A stretch of DNA of 64,000 nt from Candidatus Binatia bacterium (lineage in GTDB: Bacteria > Desulfobacterota > Binatia > Bin18): the NCBI GenBank assembly GCA_963664395.2, contig OY761159.2, positions 704,001 to 768,000 on the forward strand, written 5' to 3'. The position numbers were made by a program, and so were the translations under genes. Under the pieces are notes generated by a model that did not search any database, was not told where the DNA came from, and saw only the letters and a program-made list of their open reading frames with translations. Shown here one piece after another: positions 58,548-64,000 of the stretch; positions within the stretch are counted from its first letter, which is position 1; each line of letters starts with the position of its first letter.

Positions 58548-58573
58548 GCTTCTTTAAGGGAGGACCGCTGCCC

Positions 58574-59467
58574 ATGTCCCTGATATTTCGCAAACTCCAT
58601 CCCCATTTCGTGGCCGAGGTCGGCCCCATTGATCTCCGCCAGGCGACTGACCCTGAGACGCTGCTGGAAATTCGCGCCGGCATGGACGAGCACGCCCTGC
58701 TCGTCTTCCGCAATCAGCACTTCACGGACGAGGAGCAGCTGGCCTTTGCGCAGCGCCTGGACGGCCGCTTGCACACCAAGACCGGTATCAGCGCGTTCCA
58801 AAAGAGCCGCCTGGGCAACGAGGCCCTGGCCGATGTCTCCAACCTCAACGCGAGCGGGCAAGTCTATCAGGCCGACGACCGCAAGCGCATGTACGGCCTG
58901 GGCAATCGGCTGTGGCACACCGACGCGTCTTTCCAGGACCCGCCCGGACGCTACTCCATGCTGTTTGCCCGAGTCGTCCCACCGGTCAGCGCGGACACGG
59001 AATACGCCGACATGCGAGCGGCCTATGACCGCTTATCGGACGAGATGAAAGCCCGGCTTGAGGGGTTGCGCGTGCATCACTCGATTGCCCATTCGCGTGA
59101 AATTCTTGGTTTTGAATTTTCCGAAGAAGAACAGGACATCCTCAAGGGCGCGATTCAGCCGCTGGTCCGCACCCTGCCACGCACGGGCCGCAAGTCGCTG
59201 TACATCGCGGCGCATGCCTCCAAAATCATCGACTGGCCGATTCCCGAAGGGCGGCTGCTGCTGCTCGAACTGATTGAGCACGCCACCCAACCGGAGTTTG
59301 TCTACCGCCACTCCTGGCGCGTCGGCGACCTGGTGATCTATGACAACCGGGCGACCATGCACCGGGCCCGGCCGTATGCAGACACGAGCTACCGGCGCGA
59401 GCTGCGGCGGGTGACGACGCTTGACGTCGACCACGCTATCGAGCAGGCTGGAGCGGCCCATCACTAA
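58574..59467 (+). CDS. TauD/TfdA family Fe(II)/2OG dioxygenase
   Basis: WHTD.SF, T..ADMRAAYD, GRKSLY and H.W..GDL..YDNR.TMHR motifs. Confidence 0.92.
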   Translation: MSLIFRKLHPHFVAEVGPIDLRQATDPETLLEIRAGMDEHALLVFRNQHFTDEEQLAFAQRLDGRLHTKTGISAFQKSRLGNEALADVSNLNASGQVYQADDRKRMYGLGNRLWHTDASFQDPPGRYSMLFARVVPPVSADTEYADMRAAYDRLSDEMKARLEGLRVHHSIAHSREILGFEFSEEEQDILKGAIQPLVRTLPRTGRKSLYIAAHASKIIDWPIPEGRLLLLELIEHATQPEFVYRHSWRVGDLVIYDNRATMHRARPYADTSYRRELRRVTTLDVDHAIEQAGAAHH

Positions 59468-59502
59468 GCAACACACAAGGAGAGAGGAAAGGAGATTCAC
59501 CT

Positions 59503-60474
59503 ATGGCCAATGTCCAGACCGTACTCGGCGACCGTTCCACTGACGATTTGGGATTCACCCTGATCCACGAACATTTAACCGTGGGCTTCCCTGGCTATGA
59601 ATGGGACAACACCAGTTTTGACCGTAAAAAGGAAATCGCCGGCGCCGTGGAAAAGCTCAAAGAGATCAAAGAACTCGGCGTCACCTCGTTTGTTGATCCC
59701 TGTCCGATGGAATTGGGTCGCGACCCGGAATTTGCCGCGGAATGCGCGGACAAATCCGGCCTGAATGTCGTGGTCGCCACCGGCTTATACAACGAAGCCC
59801 TCGGTATTCCGCCCCATTTCCGGAGCCTGCCCGCAGACGATATCGCCGAGATTTATGTGCGGGAGATTACGGACGGGATTGATAAAACGGGCATCAAAGC
59901 CGGTATCATCAAAACGGCTACCGGCGGTATTCCAGGTATGACCGAGACCGCTACAGCGATCGGCCCGCACGAAGAAACCTGTCTGCGTGCTGCGGCTCGA
60001 GCCCACAAAGCTACGGGGATGCCCATTTTATGCCACAATGATGAGCTTGGTCCGTTCGGGCGCGAGACCCTGGACGTGTTTGAAGAGGAAGGCGTGGATT
60101 TCAACCGCGTGCTCATCGGCCACGCCTGTGGTGTGGGAGATATGCGCTATTATTTTGACGTTCTGGAGCGCGGCGCGTGGATTGGTTTTGACCGCTTTGG
60201 CATTGATGTGATTGCCCCGGATAAAATGCGCCTGGCCTCGCTGATTGGTTTACTGGCCGTGGGTTATGATCGGATTATGCTCTCGCACGATGCCGTCCAT
60301 TGCCTAATGGGCCGCCCCAGCAAGGCCTGGGAGAAGTTTGTTGAAGCCTGCCCAAACAACAATTACTCGCATATTCTGAAAAACATCATTCCTACCCTGG
60401 CCAAAGCCGGTGTGAGCGAAGGAACCATTCACACCCTGATGGTCGAAAACCCCAAGAGCTATTTTGGCGGGTAA
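59503..60474 (+). CDS. Phosphotriesterase/PTE-like lactonase family protein
   Basis: TLIHEH, ATG.Y, GIIK, GH, FDR.G, LSHD and NP motifs. Confidence 0.9.
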   Translation: MANVQTVLGDRSTDDLGFTLIHEHLTVGFPGYEWDNTSFDRKKEIAGAVEKLKEIKELGVTSFVDPCPMELGRDPEFAAECADKSGLNVVVATGLYNEALGIPPHFRSLPADDIAEIYVREITDGIDKTGIKAGIIKTATGGIPGMTETATAIGPHEETCLRAAARAHKATGMPILCHNDELGPFGRETLDVFEEEGVDFNRVLIGHACGVGDMRYYFDVLERGAWIGFDRFGIDVIAPDKMRLASLIGLLAVGYDRIMLSHDAVHCLMGRPSKAWEKFVEACPNNNYSHILKNIIPTLAKAGVSEGTIHTLMVENPKSYFGG

Positions 60475-60558
60475 GTCTCGCTCCGAGCGGTTGCGCTGTC
60501 CGAGGCAACCGCTCAGCCCACCGTTCGATACGACAGGCCCGGAGAGTAGCCCTCAGCC

Positions 60559-61671
60559 ATGTCTTCCCAGCCAGCTAGCGACCTCGACCAAGTCCGCACC
60601 TACTTCCGTAACTTCGGCCTGAAACAGGCACCGGAAAACGGCTCGCCCCTCTATCACGCCTTATCGTTAGGCGTGCTGGATGACCCCGACATGCTGCGCC
60701 TTGCCGCAAGCTGTCCGCCCTCGCAACCGTCGGCCAACCTGCTGTTCGGCGCGGTGCATTATCTCCTACTGGGCGGAGTCCAGCATCCCTTGCGTGATTT
60801 CTACCCAGACGTAGTTGCTTCAGAAAAAATGCCGCGCCCACCCGCCCAGGAGACCTATCCACTGTTTCAAGACTTTGTCCGGCAGCACACCCAGACCATC
60901 GGACGGCTCATCACAAGCCGTTTGGTCCAAACCAACGTCGTCCGCCGCACGACCTGTCTCCTGCCGGTCTTTGCTCAGTTGGCGCGAGAGGCCGGGAGTC
61001 AGCCACTCTCGATGATCGAGGTCGGCAGCAGTGCCGGCCTGAACCTGCATTGGGACCGCTATTACCATCGCTATGAGTATCCGTCCGGTACAAGCATAGC
61101 GTGGGGAGCCAGGGACTCAGCCGTTCAGCTCTCAACACAGGTCAGAGGAACAGTCCCCCTCCCTACCCTGCCTGAATATCTCAGAATCGCCTGGCGCGCG
61201 GGGATCGACCTCAACCCTATCGACGTGACTGACGCGGATGCCATGCGCTGGCTGCGGGCGCTTATTTTTCCCGAACATCTGGAACGTCACCAGGAAATTG
61301 AAGCCGCGGCCCGCGTCGCCCGCGCTCATCCGGTTCCGATTGTGACAGGCGATGCCCTGACGCACTTGCCAGACCTGTTGTCCCAAGCCCCCCAGGATTC
61401 ACGCCTGTGTCTGTACGCATCTATGGTACTCTACCAATTCTCCCCTGAAGCCCGCAAAGATTTGTGGAGGATGTTAGCCGCATTCTCAGCAACCCGACCC
61501 GTCTCCGTCGTCATTCTGGACGGCGTCCCCGAAGGCTGGGCCCAACTCCTCATCAGAGACTTCAAAAACGGTCGCTATACCAAACGCCACATGGCCGCTG
61601 CCCATGCCCACGGGCGTTGGCTGGAGTGGCGGGAAAGCGGAGAACAGACCGAGACGCCGGCGGTCGGATGA
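60559..61671 (+). CDS. DUF2332 protein
   Basis: SPLY, GAVHYL, QTN.V.R, E.GSSAGLNL..DRY, GIDLNP.D and H.HG.WLEW motifs. Confidence 0.85.
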   Translation: MSSQPASDLDQVRTYFRNFGLKQAPENGSPLYHALSLGVLDDPDMLRLAASCPPSQPSANLLFGAVHYLLLGGVQHPLRDFYPDVVASEKMPRPPAQETYPLFQDFVRQHTQTIGRLITSRLVQTNVVRRTTCLLPVFAQLAREAGSQPLSMIEVGSSAGLNLHWDRYYHRYEYPSGTSIAWGARDSAVQLSTQVRGTVPLPTLPEYLRIAWRAGIDLNPIDVTDADAMRWLRALIFPEHLERHQEIEAAARVARAHPVPIVTGDALTHLPDLLSQAPQDSRLCLYASMVLYQFSPEARKDLWRMLAAFSATRPVSVVILDGVPEGWAQLLIRDFKNGRYTKRHMAAAHAHGRWLEWRESGEQTETPAVG

Positions 61672-61750
61672 GCGGAACGTAACCCGACAACATCCGGCTT
61701 CATTATACGGTACGCTCACAAGCAATGGGCTCCTTCTACTCTATGAGGCT

Positions 61751-62053
61751 CTACGCTGCCCGAGAGAAGGTCACCTTGGCCCGGTATCCTAAGCTTGCCA
61801 GGACACGCAACATCAAATCCGTAGAAACGTCTTTGGTATTACGGTTAAGAATAGCCGTAATTCGCGAACGAGACGTCCGCGCCAGCTTAGCGACCTGAAC
61901 ATGAGTGAGTCCTGCCTTCCGGACAGCATCAATGATCTTGTCGTTCAGATCACTCCTGAGCTGTATTTCCACGCCAGTGGCTGGAGAAAGACCAAGCACC
62001 CTGGCAAGCTCAGCGGCATCTTTTACGACAATCGGTTTAGACCTTCTCATCAA
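61751..62053 (-). CDS. HigA-like XRE/HTH antitoxin
   Basis: LTH..VAK.ARTSRSRIT.ILN....VSTDL..RVL. Lies downstream of the toxin. Confidence 0.85.
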   Translation of the reverse strand: MMRRSKPIVVKDAAELARVLGLSPATGVEIQLRSDLNDKIIDAVRKAGLTHVQVAKLARTSRSRITAILNRNTKDVSTDLMLRVLASLGYRAKVTFSRAA

Positions 62054-62369
62054 GCATTTCCTTTATCCGCTTCCGGCCAAGTCCGATATCTTGCAACGAT
62101 GTTTTCTGAGTCTTCTTAACGAAAGCGTAAAAGATCAACACACCACGATCTGATTTAGCGTAATAAAGCGTTCTGTAGATTCCAGCACGATCCCTCATTC
62201 TTAATTCCTCTACTCCAGCGGCAATAGACGGCATTGGTCGGGAGAGCGGCAGGCTTAACGCATGACCTTTCTGCAAATCGAGGATAGCCTTCCCTAGCTC
62301 CCTTCTTACCCCTTCTGGAAAAGCTCGGATCTCGTCCCGAGCTTTCGGATGGAAAAGAGCCGGTTTCAC
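62037..62369 (-). CDS. HigB/RelE (Gp49-like) toxin
   Basis: FP..VR..LG....LQ.G...RPM.SI..GV.ELR.RD..G.YR......FVKKTQKT. Likely GTG start at 62369. Confidence 0.88.
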   Translation of the reverse strand: MKPALFHPKARDEIRAFPEGVRRELGKAILDLQKGHALSLPLSRPMPSIAAGVEELRMRDRAGIYRTLYYAKSDRGVLIFYAFVKKTQKTSLQDIGLGRKRIKEMLDEKV

Positions 62370-62377
62370 GGAACTGA

Positions 62378-62397
62378 ATGTCCCATATATGAGACAT
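62378..62397 (-). promoter_or_regulatory. Putative HigA operator
   Basis: Near-perfect palindrome ATGTCCCATATATGAGACAT between a TTGATA -35 and the toxin start. Confidence 0.6.
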
Positions 62398-62527
62398 ATT
62401 ATCAATAACTGTACAGAAACCCAAGAAGTGCAGAGATGACAGTAAAGGAAGGAAGGGTTGGTGGATACTTCTGCATGGCAGCATCGAGGTCCATCAGCTC
62501 AGCGACCTCCCGATCAATCTCAGCCTG

Positions 62528-63022
62528 ATGGTCGTCCATACGAGGCTTATTGCTTTTCCATCGCTCGATTCTCATCAATTAACTGCCCTACGGGCGGAGC
62601 TTCAACCTTCCCGTTTGAGCTTCATCGAGGGCGTACCACCGGCTTCCCACAATCACTGGCGACGTGAAGCAATCGCTAAGGCAAATGGTCTCCATGAGCT
62701 TCAGGCTGATCAGGCTGAAACGCATCAGACCTGTACGCTTGATTATCGGGAAACTCTAGCTGAACTTCTCAGGATTTATGCTGAACATGGTATCTATGAG
62801 CGTTTGGTAATTTCGCCAACAGGCAGTAAAATGCAGGCTGTTGCTGTTGGTCTCTTACGGTCTTTTATGGAGGATATTCAAATTGTATATCCCACCCCGC
62901 GCGATTTTCTTAAGCCAGAAAGATATACGGACGGAGTCGGCAAGATGCATCTCTTAGCACCAGAACCTTTTGCGGTTAATAATTTTTCTGGCAGAGCAGC
63001 TGCACCTACTTCAGCGACATAG
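62528..63022 (+). pseudogene. Probable C-terminal fragment of a larger protein (CARF/DUF6293-like ISPTGSK motif)
   Basis: Protein-like ORF with ISPTGSKMQA...IVYPTP...Y..GVG. No clear RBS. AT-richer than the core genes. Confidence 0.4.
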
Positions 63023-63523
63023 CCGCAGCGAATCTTCGAGGGCAACCCCCGCCCCTCCGCTCCTACTCCTCCAGTTCAAGCCGGGCAGTCATCGGGTGTG
63101 AGAAATATCGTATATACAGGTCAGACCAATGCTTCTCCGCCTCGGCTATCTCAGGGGTTTGGATGACCCGTACATGGTCGAACCGCTGTCCCACTATCTT
63201 GATAGAGAAATCGGGCTTCCAGTGTAGATTCATTGCTAAACCGCCCCCAGCCTTGCCCCTCAGCTGCCGAAGCACTGAGACTCAACCCAACGAGGACTAT
63301 TAAAAACCCCCAAAGCCTTAGCCGCTGATGTGTAAAAAGTCGTATACTCCTTCCCTACAGTGCGTCATATCCGCAACAGTCTTGCCGATTTACATGAAAT
63401 TCAGCACCGTGACTGTATATTTTCACGCATATTGAGGTCGAAGTGATCCCAATCGAAGCTCGTCCTGTTTCCAATGCTGCTACGGCTCATCGCAGGGTGA
63501 GTTGATGACGAGAGAGGTTCGTG

Positions 63524-64000
63524 TCATGGAATTGTCTCAGGTTGTAACATATCGCTAATAGAGAGAAATGGCGTTTCCGCGAAGGTCGTAACATTGATTG
63601 ACTTGTACGTTTCTTGTTCTCCTTCCTCGGGAATGAGAACCCCTTGCTTGGCGAGCATTGCGCTCAGTTGATCTGCTATAAGGACATATCGAAGCGTCAG
63701 ATCAGCCTTCCAGTCGCTAAAATCGCGTTCGGCTTCAATTTCACACACAGAAAACAGGTATTTCAAAATCGGCAGTGAGCGTAATAATTGCTCCCTGGGC
63801 TTTTCCTCTCCTCTCAACGTCTTTTTCAACTCGACAAAGACAGCGTAAGCTTTACCATCTGATCGACCAATCAGCAGATAGTCACAAATTTGCTTCCACC
63901 CCCCGTCTTTCAAAGCAGACAGGTGGCTGAGCTTGTTCAGGCGTATCGCCAGAAAAGGCTTGGAAATCCCTGTGACCTCAACCTTCATCTTTGCCTGTGC
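63524..64000 (-). CDS. PD-(D/E)XK-like hypothetical protein, probably partial (frame open to the window edge)
   Basis: CDYLL......VFVELK......QL pattern. No stop between 63988 and 64000. Confidence 0.55.
   Translation of the reverse strand, partial: AQAKMKVEVTGISKPFLAIRLNKLSHLSALKDGGWKQICDYLLIGRSDGKAYAVFVELKKTLRGEEKPREQLLRSLPILKYLFSVCEIEAERDFSDWKADLTLRYVLIADQLSAMLAKQGVLIPEEGEQETYKSINVTTFAETPFLSISDMLQPETIP

Noticed and set aside
63063-63275. 70-aa minus-strand ORF
   Set aside because: No recognisable motif; cannot distinguish a remnant from noise.
1-64000. CRISPR array, rRNA, tRNA, integrase or transposase
   Set aside because: No regularly spaced repeat-spacer series or recognisable structural RNA or recombinase motifs seen by eye; a covariance-model search could still find small RNAs.

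Overview
A 64 kb, moderately GC-rich, gene-dense bacterial window from a diderm (it encodes a TonB-dependent receptor). It is dominated by catabolic and redox enzymes: five intact luciferase-like (LLM) oxidoreductases plus one remnant, four intact amidohydrolase-superfamily genes, and three Mo/W enzyme families (acetylene-hydratase-like DMSOR family, xanthine-dehydrogenase-type MSL operon, tungsten AOR aorABCD-type operon). It also has LarA-like, GGT, MmsA, CoA-transferase III, TauD, CocE and other enzymes. This content resembles Binatota/sponge-associated Deltaproteobacteria-type genomes, which is inference only. No rRNA, tRNA, CRISPR array or transposase was recognised. The most unusual items are: (i) a 1693-aa protein fusing a DnaQ-like exonuclease, an SF2 RecQ helicase and an SF1 UvrD helicase; (ii) next to it, a 1.8-kb islet with two PIN-type toxin-antitoxin pairs, bracketed by a ~50-bp direct repeat that duplicates the 3' end of an LLM gene; (iii) an orphan nitrile hydratase alpha subunit fused in frame to its accessory (P14K/NhlE-like) protein and broken by a 1-nt frameshift just after a CALCSCY metal motif; (iv) a PhyH-family gene with one in-frame TGA followed by a hairpin; (v) many short gene remnants (purA 5' end, Fis-type HTH tail, amidohydrolase and LLM stubs) that point to ongoing deletion and shuffling. 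Family calls come from motif recognition by eye; no searches were run.
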